Shown: in pieces, positions 27,251 through 38,241 of the stretch
How positions within the stretch are numbered: position 1 is the stretch's first letter
Layout of the letters: every line of letters starts with the position of its first letter
Origin: a phage
Sequence record: PX418922.1
Length of the DNA: 64,000 nucleotides
Reading direction: 5' to 3' (one strand)
Position numbers and translations under genes: made by a program
The notes under the pieces: model-generated
The model's input: the letters and a program-made list of their open reading frames with translations, nothing else
The model's database searches: none
Told to the model about the DNA's origin: nothing

Positions 27251-28261
27251 ATGGCAGAAAGAGAGTATACAAAAGCTCCTGCCCCTAATTTAAACAGGGC
27301 ATACAAATTATTAATTGGTTCTGCCACAAACACAATACAGAAGAGAACTAAGAACTCGGCATTTAAATCTACAGTAGATTTGGATACCAAGTTAGGAACA
27401 ACAGAAAAATCCTCTTCTAATTTGTATTTGTTGCAAGACCATCAAATAACCTTCAGTATTAAGAAAGATAATAACAAAGATCCTAACCAAGCAGAGATTG
27501 TAGTTTATAACCTTTCGGATGATACTGTTAACTATATAAACCGTGGTATCCGAAATAACTTGGCTGTTGCTTTAGCGGTAGGATACGAAGGTGAAGAGTT
27601 GGTTATGGTCTTCAAAGGAACTATCCAGTGGGTTAGTGATACTTTTGACTCGGTAGACAGGAAAACCACTTTACACTGTTTGGATGGCGGTATTAACATT
27701 GCAGAAGCAAGAACAAGCCGCAGTTATCCAAAAGGAACTAAAATCAAACGTGTTGTGACAGATTTGGTAAAGGATTTAGGAACTACAGAAGGTAATATAC
27801 ACGTAGATAATGATCAAACCTTATCCTCAGCAACAGCTATGTGTGGAAACACTTCACATTACCTAGAACATATTTGTAAAAGTATTGATCACAATGTGTC
27901 AATACAAGATGGATCTGTTTATGTCACTCCTCGTTCACAAATGTCTAGTGCACGTAGCGCCTACATTAGCCCTGAAACTGGTCTGATAGGAAGTCCAGAA
28001 CCATTCCACAACGATATAAAACCTACTAAAAAAGTTACCAAGTCCTCTAAGAAGGCAAAGAAACCTACAGATGGTGTTAAATTTAAATGCCAAATGAACG
28101 GTGCAATTTTACCAGAAAAAACAATCTGGTTAAAAAGCCGAGATTATGATGGTCCATTTAAAGTTGTCTCTGTTTCTCACAATGGTGATAAAGAGGGTAA
28201 AGAGTGGGTTACTGAAGTGGAGTGTGTATCCGTGTCTGAAATAATGACTAAGGAGAAATAA
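27251..28261 (+). CDS. baseplate hub-like protein
   Basis: Position immediately before spike-like gene. Confidence 0.45.
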   Translation: MAEREYTKAPAPNLNRAYKLLIGSATNTIQKRTKNSAFKSTVDLDTKLGTTEKSSSNLYLLQDHQITFSIKKDNNKDPNQAEIVVYNLSDDTVNYINRGIRNNLAVALAVGYEGEELVMVFKGTIQWVSDTFDSVDRKTTLHCLDGGINIAEARTSRSYPKGTKIKRVVTDLVKDLGTTEGNIHVDNDQTLSSATAMCGNTSHYLEHICKSIDHNVSIQDGSVYVTPRSQMSSARSAYISPETGLIGSPEPFHNDIKPTKKVTKSSKKAKKPTDGVKFKCQMNGAILPEKTIWLKSRDYDGPFKVVSVSHNGDKEGKEWVTEVECVSVSEIMTKEK

Positions 28262-28995
28262 TGGATGCATTGAATTTTGTCACAGCAATGCGTGGCTTAA
28301 TGACAGAACAATTAGCAGAAGTCCATACAGCCTTGCCAGTCCGTGTGACTGGCGTTAATTATGGTGCTAAAACTGTCACTTTAGAATCTATTGTTAAAAA
28401 CACACGATCTAGTGAAGATGAAATAGATTACCCTACTTTTGAAGATGTTCCTTTTATGGTTAATGGCGGGGGGACAGGAAGAATCTCATTCCCTATTAAA
28501 GCTGGTGATTTAGGAACTGTTATATTTTCTGAAAGAGATCCTTCTAATGCACTGCAAACTAGTGGGGAAACCTCTTCATCATCCACTTTTATGCAGCCTT
28601 GTGGATTATACCCTATTTGTTTTATTCCCAAAATAGCTACAGGAACAGATTCAACAGAAGCTGTGGATTCTGAAAAGGTAGTTATTTCTAATAACAAAAA
28701 CACGTACGCTTCTTTCGACCCTACAGGTAATATTTCAATATGGAATAGTCAAGGGATGAAAATAGATATTACTACCTCTGGTATTACTATTACAGATGGC
28801 ACAGGGACTTTGGATCTAAAAGGTGGTAATTTAACTTTCAAAGGCGGCGTAGCAGATATTAATGGTCTTAAAATAGATCAGAACGGTTTGATGACAGATG
28901 GTAATGGCATCGGATTCCATACTCACACGCACACGGTTCGTAACATTCAGAGCGGTAGCTCAAGTGCCGAGTCCTTAAAACCAACAGGAGCCTAA
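28261..28995 (+). CDS. baseplate central spike protein (gpV-like)
   Basis: N-terminal OB-like region GTGRISFPIKAGDLGTVIFSERD and Gly-rich beta-strand-like C-terminus; position. Confidence 0.5.
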   Translation: MDALNFVTAMRGLMTEQLAEVHTALPVRVTGVNYGAKTVTLESIVKNTRSSEDEIDYPTFEDVPFMVNGGGTGRISFPIKAGDLGTVIFSERDPSNALQTSGETSSSSTFMQPCGLYPICFIPKIATGTDSTEAVDSEKVVISNNKNTYASFDPTGNISIWNSQGMKIDITTSGITITDGTGTLDLKGGNLTFKGGVADINGLKIDQNGLMTDGNGIGFHTHTHTVRNIQSGSSSAESLKPTGA

Positions 28996-28996
28996 C

Positions 28997-29623
28997 ATGG
29001 GAATCCCTTTTGACTTAAAGCTTGGACCAAACAACGACCTCATCATGGACGATGGGGATTTGGTCCTCACCACAACCAGAACAGAAATTGCAGCACAAAC
29101 TCTTGGGATAACTCTGAACACGTATCGTGGAGAGTGGTTTTTAAATACTAACTTCGGTGTTCCTTACTTACAAGAGATTATTGGTGTTGCTAGAAAGAAA
29201 GATATTGTAGACAGAATCTTTTTAGCGGAGATTGCCAAAAACGTTTACATAGATACAATAAACAGTTATAAATCTGCTTATGACATGGACCAACGTTATT
29301 ACTCAATGACAGTTATGGTGACAGTTGGAGCAGATACAGTAACATCCATATTCAATACTCAACCTTCTGAAGAGTTTATTTACCCTGAAGCTGGTGAAGA
29401 CAATGCAGCGATCATTTGTGAAGCTTACAGTATTGTTGAGAATTCGAATAGACTTTATCGCTTTATCAACTTTGTTGGTTTGCCACGTGATACCTACTCT
29501 ACTTGGTGGAATGAATGGTCTACAGAGTCAGCAGGGGAAAGAATCATGGTTAACGAAAAAGGTGATGCATTAGCTACAAACAATAATTTCGGTATAACAG
29601 CTATGACAGGAGTAGAAGAATAA
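28997..29623 (+). CDS. baseplate wedge protein (gp25/W-like)
   Basis: Position after spike; size. Confidence 0.4.
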   Translation: MGIPFDLKLGPNNDLIMDDGDLVLTTTRTEIAAQTLGITLNTYRGEWFLNTNFGVPYLQEIIGVARKKDIVDRIFLAEIAKNVYIDTINSYKSAYDMDQRYYSMTVMVTVGADTVTSIFNTQPSEEFIYPEAGEDNAAIICEAYSIVENSNRLYRFINFVGLPRDTYSTWWNEWSTESAGERIMVNEKGDALATNNNFGITAMTGVEE

Positions 29624-30096
29624 TGGCAGATTTAACTACGATCAAAGTTTCTGATCTTACACAAACAACCTCTGTATCTGATACAGATTTCTTTGTAACA
29701 GATCAGGCTGGAATAACAAAGAAGACTTCTTTGAAAGTGCTGTTGAGTGGTGCAGGGGTAACTAGAAACCGTTTAAATGCACGTGGAACAGTAACTAGCA
29801 CCTTGGCATTAGATATTAGTTCAGCAGAATATTTTTCGGCAACTTTATCTTCTGCAACATGCACAATTAGTTTTACTAATATTCCAGTAGCAACGAATGC
29901 AGTTTTAAACTTTACTTTAGCTTTGCGTCAAGGAAGTGGCGCAAATAAAGTCGTATGGCCTTCTTCTGTAAAATGGAGTTTTGGTCGTTCCCCAGTTTTG
30001 AGTTATCGTCAAGGTGCAACAGACACTTTTGAGTTTATCAGTTATGATAATGGTGCAACTTGGACAGGTAGCTTAGTTTTAGCAGGAGTTATTTAA
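29623..30096 (+). CDS. baseplate/tail protein
   Basis: ATGA overlap coupling to neighbours. Confidence 0.4.
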   Translation: MADLTTIKVSDLTQTTSVSDTDFFVTDQAGITKKTSLKVLLSGAGVTRNRLNARGTVTSTLALDISSAEYFSATLSSATCTISFTNIPVATNAVLNFTLALRQGSGANKVVWPSSVKWSFGRSPVLSYRQGATDTFEFISYDNGATWTGSLVLAGVI

Positions 30097-32972
30097 TGTC
30101 AAGAGTTAAGCACAATATTGACAACACGTTTCAGTTGATTGAAGGGTTGGTTCAGTTTTTGGAAAGAAATACTGGGCTTACCATAGATCCTACGGTTCAG
30201 CATTACATTATCAACCCACAAAACGTATTGGCGAACAACAGACACTTTATTAACTGGACAGCGCAGGAAGGGCAACCAAACGGTGACGCTACTACCGAAG
30301 GTCAATCTGTGCTTATCACTGGTTTTGCTTATGCATATTTGGCTACAGGGGATAAAAAATATCTTGAATCTGCCGAGAAGTATTGGCAAGCCTATATAGA
30401 TCACTTCTTCGGGGGCCAACCTATTCCTGATCCTCCGGCTAAGTATCGTCCCAACTGGATCATCAATGGTAAAGAACCACGTTTAGCACATTACCCTCTC
30501 ACAGATGATGGGTATCCTACGCACGGTGGGTTCAAAGGTAGCATGATGACTTGGATTAACGGAAGGACTGTTATTCCTAAAGGTGCACCGCATTGGGGGG
30601 AATACTTAGATAAAGCTTGGTTTGCTTTCAATGGCAATCTTGGTTGGAACTCCGTTAACGCAACAGTTTATGCAACTAATCCAGATGGTTCAACCAACTG
30701 GAAAGAATATGGAGATCAGTGGGACGTTGAATGGATTATAGATCGTCTAGGACGTAAAGTTGATTGGGATGGTAACATTTTATCTACAGGTCACAGCTTC
30801 GCAGAATATGGAACAGTGCAACTTAAAAATGCTTCTGTGAACGGTGATTATAAATTCAACTACGCTACATGCAACCCTGTAGAACACGGTGGATATCTGC
30901 TTAAGCGTAATGAGATGTGGCATAACCGTCCTGTAAACGTTCCGGTAGAGTTAGGTTATCAAGATAATGCTTCCGATGCTGAAACGTGGTGGTGTGATGC
31001 AAACTACTTGATGTATCAGATCACAGGAGAGAGAAAATACTGGCTTTGCTGGCAATCTTCTTTATTGTTGTGTCAAGACTACTCAAACATCGATATGTTT
31101 GATAAATTCTTCCGTAGATCTACGACAGCAATAATTCCTTTTACAGATGGTATCTCGTATGATTACTCATACCCATCTACAGCAATACCTAAATATTCTC
31201 GTGACGAATTAGGATACACAGTAATTCGCCAAGATGTTTCAGCACAAACAACTCTAGAACAACAGGCAGTTTGGTTCAGAGCAGATCAGAATTCAAAACT
31301 GCGTATTGAGTTTCAAGGTGTAGATGATGCAGGGGAAGGTGTTCTTTTCCGTCCAGAGCTAGAATTAAGCAAAACTAAGAGTGAAACAGACACAGTGACA
31401 TATCGTTGTGGCTTACCTCTTGGTGCAGCTAATATGACTAAGATGGATATACCTTTATCTAGTTTTATGCGCACCGAACCTCCTGGAGGTGGTGTATATA
31501 TTATTGCTGAACCCAGAATTATTGTTGACTGGGGAAGCAATACTGTGATACAATATAAATATGCAACTGGTATTGCTGGGACAAATAGTGATCAGATAGT
31601 TTCTGCTAATATGGATTCAGATGGTGGTTTTACTGTTGGGTTTTGGTTAACACCAACTAAAACAGCCAATTTAAAATCTATTACATATCGTTCATACGCA
31701 GATGATTTTAACATCACTATTACGGATTCCGCAGGTTGGAGATGGTGGGCCATGTTAGAAAAAACAAATTCTGCATGGGTTACTAAAGCTTTAAGTCCTG
31801 CTGATTTCAAATTAAGCACTTGGCAACCCAATCATAACGACACAGAGGCAAAACCTTCGTCAATAAACCTGACTGCTGTTGATCAGATCAATATTGCATT
31901 GGATTCTGAACCTGCAAATGGCTTGACAGGGGCAATCGACTTTTATTGCGTTAACGATATCCCATCTTTGTATTCTTCAGCCGCTGGCGATGATTACACA
32001 ATGTATTTCAGGGTTACAGTTTCATCTGAAAATCCTTATACAGCAAAACTTGGAGATTGTACAATACTGGACTACAAACTTGACAGTTTGAATTATACTC
32101 CAGGAATCATTCCATTTTCCAATATTAGTGATCCTAACACAGCATTATATGACGGTTGGCGTGGTATTCCTTATCCAGGTTATCAATACCCATCCTTATA
32201 TTGTTTTAAAGGGAGAGATATTGACTGGGTTCGTATGAACAACAGTATAGACTTTTTATATGATTCACAAATGTGGTTTTATAATAAGTTTGCCCCTGTA
32301 ATGCCTGGGCCAATGGCACAAGCTTATGTTTGGGATCGTTGGGATGCTCATAAATATGGAAACAAAAATGAGTTCACAATGTATCATTGGAACGATAAAG
32401 CTTGGGATGGTTATGAAGCACGAGCATTCTTCTGTGCGTGTCATACGGTATACGAACTAAAGCGACGAGGAGCCGAAGTTCCTGAAAAACTTTTAACAGT
32501 TTGTAAAAACTGGATCAACTACCTGAAGTGGTTCCAAGATAACAACGAAGGAAGAACACCAACAATATTTTATCCCAACGGAGAAGTGGCTGCGCCTGTA
32601 GATGACTTTACAAGTCACATGTCTGCGCTCTTTATGGCGGGATGTGCTATAATGGGGATGGCTGGATATGATTCAGAAATTCCTAACATTAAAATAGTAG
32701 CAGACCGCTGTTTTGAACTTATTCAAGAAAACTATATTGTTCTTGGTCCTAATCACGTTATGAATGGTTGTTGGAGTGCTGCTCCTAGACCAGACAGTGA
32801 TAACGGAGTCTTCTTTGGCTTCCACGCTGGAGAGTTGTTACGTGGTTTTGGGTTGTATGCTTTATACAAAAAACTTAATCCCCAAAATGCATTACCTGTT
32901 TTGGATTCGAGCAATATTCCTGCACTTACTGTTTTGACAATGGCAAACATTAGTGTGGACGTTACCGAGTAA
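30096..32972 (+). CDS. large tail-associated protein (possible receptor-binding or glycan-degrading protein)
   Basis: 958 aa, Trp/Tyr/Asn-rich; position in tail module. Confidence 0.45.
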   Translation: MSRVKHNIDNTFQLIEGLVQFLERNTGLTIDPTVQHYIINPQNVLANNRHFINWTAQEGQPNGDATTEGQSVLITGFAYAYLATGDKKYLESAEKYWQAYIDHFFGGQPIPDPPAKYRPNWIINGKEPRLAHYPLTDDGYPTHGGFKGSMMTWINGRTVIPKGAPHWGEYLDKAWFAFNGNLGWNSVNATVYATNPDGSTNWKEYGDQWDVEWIIDRLGRKVDWDGNILSTGHSFAEYGTVQLKNASVNGDYKFNYATCNPVEHGGYLLKRNEMWHNRPVNVPVELGYQDNASDAETWWCDANYLMYQITGERKYWLCWQSSLLLCQDYSNIDMFDKFFRRSTTAIIPFTDGISYDYSYPSTAIPKYSRDELGYTVIRQDVSAQTTLEQQAVWFRADQNSKLRIEFQGVDDAGEGVLFRPELELSKTKSETDTVTYRCGLPLGAANMTKMDIPLSSFMRTEPPGGGVYIIAEPRIIVDWGSNTVIQYKYATGIAGTNSDQIVSANMDSDGGFTVGFWLTPTKTANLKSITYRSYADDFNITITDSAGWRWWAMLEKTNSAWVTKALSPADFKLSTWQPNHNDTEAKPSSINLTAVDQINIALDSEPANGLTGAIDFYCVNDIPSLYSSAAGDDYTMYFRVTVSSENPYTAKLGDCTILDYKLDSLNYTPGIIPFSNISDPNTALYDGWRGIPYPGYQYPSLYCFKGRDIDWVRMNNSIDFLYDSQMWFYNKFAPVMPGPMAQAYVWDRWDAHKYGNKNEFTMYHWNDKAWDGYEARAFFCACHTVYELKRRGAEVPEKLLTVCKNWINYLKWFQDNNEGRTPTIFYPNGEVAAPVDDFTSHMSALFMAGCAIMGMAGYDSEIPNIKIVADRCFELIQENYIVLGPNHVMNGCWSAAPRPDSDNGVFFGFHAGELLRGFGLYALYKKLNPQNALPVLDSSNIPALTVLTMANISVDVTE

Positions 32973-32980
32973 GGGGTAAA

Positions 32981-35134
32981 ATGAAACAAGCTATATTTAC
33001 TGTCACGCGAGACAAGAGAGTAAATGCGAGTTCATTTAACTACACGACTGTTGACGGAACAGCAGTCGCTGGTAGAGATTATATTGCAAAATCGGGAACA
33101 CTTGTGTTCCCTGATGATGCTGATTCTGCTACTATTGTGGTTGAAGTATTTGAACGACCAAAGAACTCAATAGATCTTAACTTCTCCCTCCAAGTTTCAG
33201 GGATTAGTCAAAATAACATGATGGTTGAAACAACCATCAATTGTATTATAACTACTATCCAAGAAAATACTACTCCAATAACTTGGACTACAAAAGACGC
33301 TAAAATGTTCTCTCCTATGTATTGGACAATAGATTCTCAAGCAACGGAAAGTTGTTCTATTGTATCTCATGGAGACTCTTTTACTGCAAGATTTGTAAAC
33401 AGAACAACAGCAGGTTTGGCAGGGGTTATCTGGAGCACAGTTGACAAATATGACCATAAAGGTGTTGGGTATTTACCCCACACAGATTTAAGTTCAGAGA
33501 AACTTTGGTTTAAAATGGAAATTAGTCAAAACATGCCAGGTTTTAAAGAAGAACCTTTGGTGCCGACTTTGACTGTAACTCTCCTGGATAAAAGTGTTCA
33601 TTATGTCAGTTTAGGATTCTACGCTTCAGATATTTCAGAAGATGGTAAAACAGCTACAATCAAGTTAGATTTTGGTAATATCTTTTCTGGCCCTAACAAT
33701 GATATTCCTTTAGATATGAGTGCTGTAGATAATATTTTCTTCTCTTTGATTACAGCAAGGTATGAAGAAATAGAAGAGATTGTACCTATTGCCAGTCAAG
33801 AGGCTTGGTTTACTTTCACTCTTCTTGAACCTACTTCTGGTTACAGTATGATGAAAGTCAGCAACCTTGTCCAGCCTGAACATGATATTCGCATGTGCAC
33901 ATCTTATGATGATATGTATAACCTGACTCCAGAGAGAGTTATTTATAATACATATGCGCTAGGTTATCGTGGAATGATTAACCATTACAACGGAATGTCT
34001 CACTATTATGAGTTCTCATGGAACGGAACATCTTGGGCTTTAAATAGATCTGTCTTCCTGAATCCAGCTACAGAAGCTTGGCTAAATAGTTTCCATTCTA
34101 TAGCGAACGAGAAGGGTTACACAATAATGAACTCTTTAAGTTTTGAGTTGATGAGCACAGTTTGTCCTGTTGAATGGGTCCAGCATGATTGGAACGATGC
34201 TCTTGCAGCAACAGGGTATAAGCCTCCTAGTTACGTGTTGTCTCCAACTATTGACGAAGGCATGGAATATTTGCAAAATGTTATTAACAAAATAGCATCT
34301 ATTTCTCAAGCTAACAATATTCCAATCGTCATTCAAATTGGTGAACCTTGGTGGTGGTATAATACAGCAAGTAAAATGCCTTGTATATATGATTACACTA
34401 CCAAACTGGCATTCAATACAGAAACAGGCTTATTTGCACAAGATGCGGGAACAATAGATAATTATAAAACAGGAACGCCATTTGACGAATACTATGCATT
34501 TTTGTCTCGTAAACTAGGGTTAAGAGTTACAAAGTTTGCAACAGATACTAGAGCAACTTATCCAGGAGCTAAAGTAACATTGCTTCCATTCTTACCATCA
34601 ATTATTGGCAACGGGTTGATGGAGAAAGTTAACTTTCCGTCTGATTACTACATTCCTGAAGCTTTTGATTTTTACTGTTCGGAGTGTTACGACTGGCTTC
34701 TGGAAGGTAAAATGATGAAAGCATTTGATGCAATTACCATACCACATGAAAAATTAGGTTTTGAATATTCTGATATTCACTATCTTGCAGGTTTTGTTCC
34801 AGATGCTACTCTTGCACCTTTGTATGGCTTTGATCCTGAATCAAACTACCGCACGTATCTTTGGAAAATGATTATAGGTAACATAGTGTTGAACGCCAAT
34901 AAGTTTGACGGACTTACACAATATATATGGGCCTATCCTCAAATAATGCATGATTCTATCACGGTAGTTAATTCTCAATCCCAAGTTTTCTATATGGGTA
35001 ACGTGCCTTTGAACGTTTATTTACAGGATATCACTCTTAAACAGGTAAATGTTGAGATTGCCACCATAAGTGGAATTACATTAGCCACTAAATCTGGAGA
35101 AGATTTAGTAACAACACAAAAATTTTATATATAG
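32981..35134 (+). CDS. large tail-associated protein
   Basis: 717 aa; position. Confidence 0.45.
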   Translation: MKQAIFTVTRDKRVNASSFNYTTVDGTAVAGRDYIAKSGTLVFPDDADSATIVVEVFERPKNSIDLNFSLQVSGISQNNMMVETTINCIITTIQENTTPITWTTKDAKMFSPMYWTIDSQATESCSIVSHGDSFTARFVNRTTAGLAGVIWSTVDKYDHKGVGYLPHTDLSSEKLWFKMEISQNMPGFKEEPLVPTLTVTLLDKSVHYVSLGFYASDISEDGKTATIKLDFGNIFSGPNNDIPLDMSAVDNIFFSLITARYEEIEEIVPIASQEAWFTFTLLEPTSGYSMMKVSNLVQPEHDIRMCTSYDDMYNLTPERVIYNTYALGYRGMINHYNGMSHYYEFSWNGTSWALNRSVFLNPATEAWLNSFHSIANEKGYTIMNSLSFELMSTVCPVEWVQHDWNDALAATGYKPPSYVLSPTIDEGMEYLQNVINKIASISQANNIPIVIQIGEPWWWYNTASKMPCIYDYTTKLAFNTETGLFAQDAGTIDNYKTGTPFDEYYAFLSRKLGLRVTKFATDTRATYPGAKVTLLPFLPSIIGNGLMEKVNFPSDYYIPEAFDFYCSECYDWLLEGKMMKAFDAITIPHEKLGFEYSDIHYLAGFVPDATLAPLYGFDPESNYRTYLWKMIIGNIVLNANKFDGLTQYIWAYPQIMHDSITVVNSQSQVFYMGNVPLNVYLQDITLKQVNVEIATISGITLATKSGEDLVTTQKFYI

Positions 35135-35142
35135 GAGTAAAA

Positions 35143-37644
35143 ATGTCAACTACAATTACTAATTTACCCGAAACATCAAAAGTTAATGGTTCAGATTACC
35201 TGGTTTTAGATCAACCTGATAAAACTGTTAAAAGCACAGTTTCCAACTTTCTTACTGACACTGGGGTGGTTTTAGCCACCCAGTTGAAAGATACAGGTGG
35301 AGCAGATTTAATACAATCCTCAAATGGTAATACTGTTCAGGAAGAGTTGAATAACAATCTTCTTAATGATCGTGAACAGTGGCGTCGTAGTCTTGCTGAA
35401 GCGGGGTTAACACTTGTTGATGGTAGCTTTGAGGAGGGTGCTACATTAAATAATAATACTGATGCTGTTTGGTATATTGCAGGTGGACAGTGCTATACAT
35501 GGGGTGGTGCTTTCCCTAAAGAAGTTCCAGCTGGGTCAACCCCAGAAACATCTGGTGGCGTTGGTTCTGGGGCGTGGGTGAGCGTTGGTGATGCTAATTT
35601 AAGACAGGAATTAGCATCTTCATCTGGGTTTAAATTAATTGGTTCAGTATCTAATGTTACTCAATTAAGAACCATTACCGGTTCTGCTGGAGATAAAATA
35701 TTCCTCAAAGAATATAATACTGGTACCGGGAAAGGTGGGGGAATATTGACTGGTGTTAGCAGTCCGACACTGGTCGATGATGGCGTGAGCTTTTTCAGGG
35801 TTAACTCATCTTTTGGTTGGGCGCGAGATATATCTAAAGGTGTTAGCTTTTTTGATGGTGGTGTTATTGGTGATGCTGTTATTTCTGGTCCAAGTGTAAC
35901 TGGAACAGATGATACTGCCGCGGTTCTTCGCGTTTTTTCTGCCAGATTACCGATTAGGCAGAATACGCCGTTAAAAATGCGTCTAACGTCTTCTGTAACT
36001 TTAGGTAACGGTATTGTTGACTTGGTTGGTGCGGGGTCCACACATGTAGTATTTGTATTTGATCATTTGTCTGCCGGTTTAACTTTTGGCTCTGAGACTA
36101 ATTCGGAAACAAAATACCAGGGAACAGTGAAAGGCGTTTCTTGCGTTCGCCCTAACTACCTTGCATATGCTGGCTCAGCAGGTCCAAAATCTCTCTCATT
36201 TGGTAACTTCTCCCCTATTATTTTAGAAGACGTTAGAGAAGAAAACGCCATAGGATTTGGTATTTTCTTTGTATTCTGCCGGTCGGTCGTGGTTAGGAAA
36301 TGTTACGCCGGTAATCACGTCGGAACTTACTCTACCCCTAAATCTGGAACGGATGGCATCCATTTTTATAAATGTAACGACGTATGGGCCTACGATAATA
36401 TTTTAGAGGAAATCGGTGACGATGCGATATCATCAGGGTCATTTGATCCCCTGTTCCCTTGCTCAAATATAAACTTCATCAGGAATAAGATTTCAAGAGT
36501 GCACGGAAGTATGAAACTTTATAGTTTTGTGGACGGTGCGGAGATAGCCTATAACCGATTCCGCGTAGGTCATGAAGGAGGAGTTTATCTTACAAATGAT
36601 GCTAACTCTCTCGATAACTCTTATGTGAAGAATATAAAAATTCATCACAATGAGTTTTTTGATATTATTGGGAGTGAACCCAGTAATAACACATCTGGTG
36701 GCGTGCGTCTGAGATTCTGGCCTGATAATTCAGTACCAAATTCACGGGCAATTATAGACCAAATCTATATAACAGATAACCTAATTAGTGGCTGTGGCGC
36801 TGGCATTGCGGCAATAACACAGGATGCATACAAAAGATTTTCTAATATGTTCATTCGTAATAACTCGTTTCGTGCGGCACCACTCGATCTAACGGGTAGC
36901 AGGCCTTATATCCGCATACATCAATTTGATTATGAACTTGAGATTAGCGGAAATACAATGGTTAACTCGCATTCAGGGGGTATTGTTATAGATCAGGTCA
37001 ACGGCTCGGTTACCGCCACTTTTACGGCTCCAAAAGCTAAAATCAGCGGTAACACTATCGATGGGTACAGCCTGGCGTCAACGTTGGGCCAACTGGCAAA
37101 CGGTATTCTGGTTAGACCGTCTGATTACAATATCCTCTTAGAGATGGTAGGTAATCAGGTAAGGGGCCAGGCTATTAGTGATACCCTACCAGCAACACAA
37201 GGCATTTTGGTTAACAACGTTAGCCCACTGTCTTTTATTGAAGCAAACCAATCCGATAACAACATTGCTATCGGTGCAGGTTCTGCTGCCTATAAAGGTA
37301 TAGGTAAGACTAAGTTGGGAGCACCGAATGCTGGTACTCACTACGCTGGCAGTACCATTACTGATTATGTTGGTGGGAATCGTTACACTATCCTAACCAA
37401 CGGAACCTTTGGTACATTAAACGGTGTAACAGGTACTACTGTAGCCGGTAGTAAAACAGTTACTCTTAATAGCATAGCTGATGTGTATAGAGGTTGTGTT
37501 ATAGCTATAGCTGGTGTCTCTGGTAACAAACGTGTCTTGGATATACAAGGCACTACTATTAAGGTCGATGTAGCTTGTGACACTTCTGTATCAAACGGTG
37601 CAGTTAGCTACGTTGCCCCTACCTTTAGGACAGAAGCTATGTAA
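35143..37644 (+). CDS. tail spike/fibre protein with beta-helix-like repeats
   Basis: N-terminal anchor motif YTWGGAFPKEVPAGSTPETSGGVGSGAWVSVG shared with two other fibre genes; Gly/Asn/Ser/Ile-rich repetitive body. Confidence 0.55.
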   Translation: MSTTITNLPETSKVNGSDYLVLDQPDKTVKSTVSNFLTDTGVVLATQLKDTGGADLIQSSNGNTVQEELNNNLLNDREQWRRSLAEAGLTLVDGSFEEGATLNNNTDAVWYIAGGQCYTWGGAFPKEVPAGSTPETSGGVGSGAWVSVGDANLRQELASSSGFKLIGSVSNVTQLRTITGSAGDKIFLKEYNTGTGKGGGILTGVSSPTLVDDGVSFFRVNSSFGWARDISKGVSFFDGGVIGDAVISGPSVTGTDDTAAVLRVFSARLPIRQNTPLKMRLTSSVTLGNGIVDLVGAGSTHVVFVFDHLSAGLTFGSETNSETKYQGTVKGVSCVRPNYLAYAGSAGPKSLSFGNFSPIILEDVREENAIGFGIFFVFCRSVVVRKCYAGNHVGTYSTPKSGTDGIHFYKCNDVWAYDNILEEIGDDAISSGSFDPLFPCSNINFIRNKISRVHGSMKLYSFVDGAEIAYNRFRVGHEGGVYLTNDANSLDNSYVKNIKIHHNEFFDIIGSEPSNNTSGGVRLRFWPDNSVPNSRAIIDQIYITDNLISGCGAGIAAITQDAYKRFSNMFIRNNSFRAAPLDLTGSRPYIRIHQFDYELEISGNTMVNSHSGGIVIDQVNGSVTATFTAPKAKISGNTIDGYSLASTLGQLANGILVRPSDYNILLEMVGNQVRGQAISDTLPATQGILVNNVSPLSFIEANQSDNNIAIGAGSAAYKGIGKTKLGAPNAGTHYAGSTITDYVGGNRYTILTNGTFGTLNGVTGTTVAGSKTVTLNSIADVYRGCVIAIAGVSGNKRVLDIQGTTIKVDVACDTSVSNGAVSYVAPTFRTEAM

Positions 37645-37649
37645 ACCAT

Positions 37650-37668
37650 AGGCCACGTAAGGTGGCCT
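37650..37668 (+). terminator. stem-loop after tail spike gene
   Basis: AGGCCAC-GTAAG-GTGGCCT hairpin; weak U-tract. Confidence 0.4.
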
Positions 37669-37696
37669 ATTAAAACTACAACATGAGGATTAACCC

Positions 37697-38002
37697 ATGA
37701 ATAAGATGTTTACCCAGCCAACAGGCTCGGTAGCAAAACAGACTAACAAACAATCCATAGCCCGTCACTTTGGAGTTAAGCAATCCGAGGTTGTTTATTT
37801 CTCAGTTGGTGCTCCGCTTACTGGTTACAAAGCCATTTATGACAAAGAATCGCAGCGTGCTTACTCCTTACCTGCTGATATTGCCCCAGGTACTACTGCC
37901 ATTAGTCTTAGTGCTGCTGTACTTGTGCATTCAGCGGGTTCTGTAGACCTTGGGGAATTAGCTGTATATCGTGATTTAAAAAGTAATGAGAACGCACTAT
38001 GA
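37697..38002 (+). CDS. small protein paralogous to an internal segment of the 42326-45379 tail spike
   Basis: VKQSEVVYFSVGAPLTGYKAIYD...SVDLGELAV aligns with LLDDEVAYATAGQSLTGIKALYD...SVDLSALAV in the large spike. Confidence 0.45.
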   Translation: MNKMFTQPTGSVAKQTNKQSIARHFGVKQSEVVYFSVGAPLTGYKAIYDKESQRAYSLPADIAPGTTAISLSAAVLVHSAGSVDLGELAVYRDLKSNENAL

Positions 38003-38241
38003 GAAAATTTTTAATAGGTATGTTCTGTACATATCCTGATAATAAAGTCAGTTCTACTAAAGTCTGGAACGCTGTAGGCATGTCGGTTATGACAGGCATG
38101 TTTATCTTTTTAGGAATAGAAAAAGAAATTCCTGAATGGATGGGTTGGGCTTTTGTTTTCATGATAACCCCTTCTCGCCTCATGAAAAATCTTATTGATT
38201 TACGCTGGGGCAGATCACAATCTACCAAAGAGGATGACTAA
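37999..38241 (+). CDS. small membrane protein (two predicted TM helices)
   Basis: Hydrophobic stretches VMTGMFIFLGI and WMGWAFVFMIT. Confidence 0.4.
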   Translation: MRKFLIGMFCTYPDNKVSSTKVWNAVGMSVMTGMFIFLGIEKEIPEWMGWAFVFMITPSRLMKNLIDLRWGRSQSTKEDD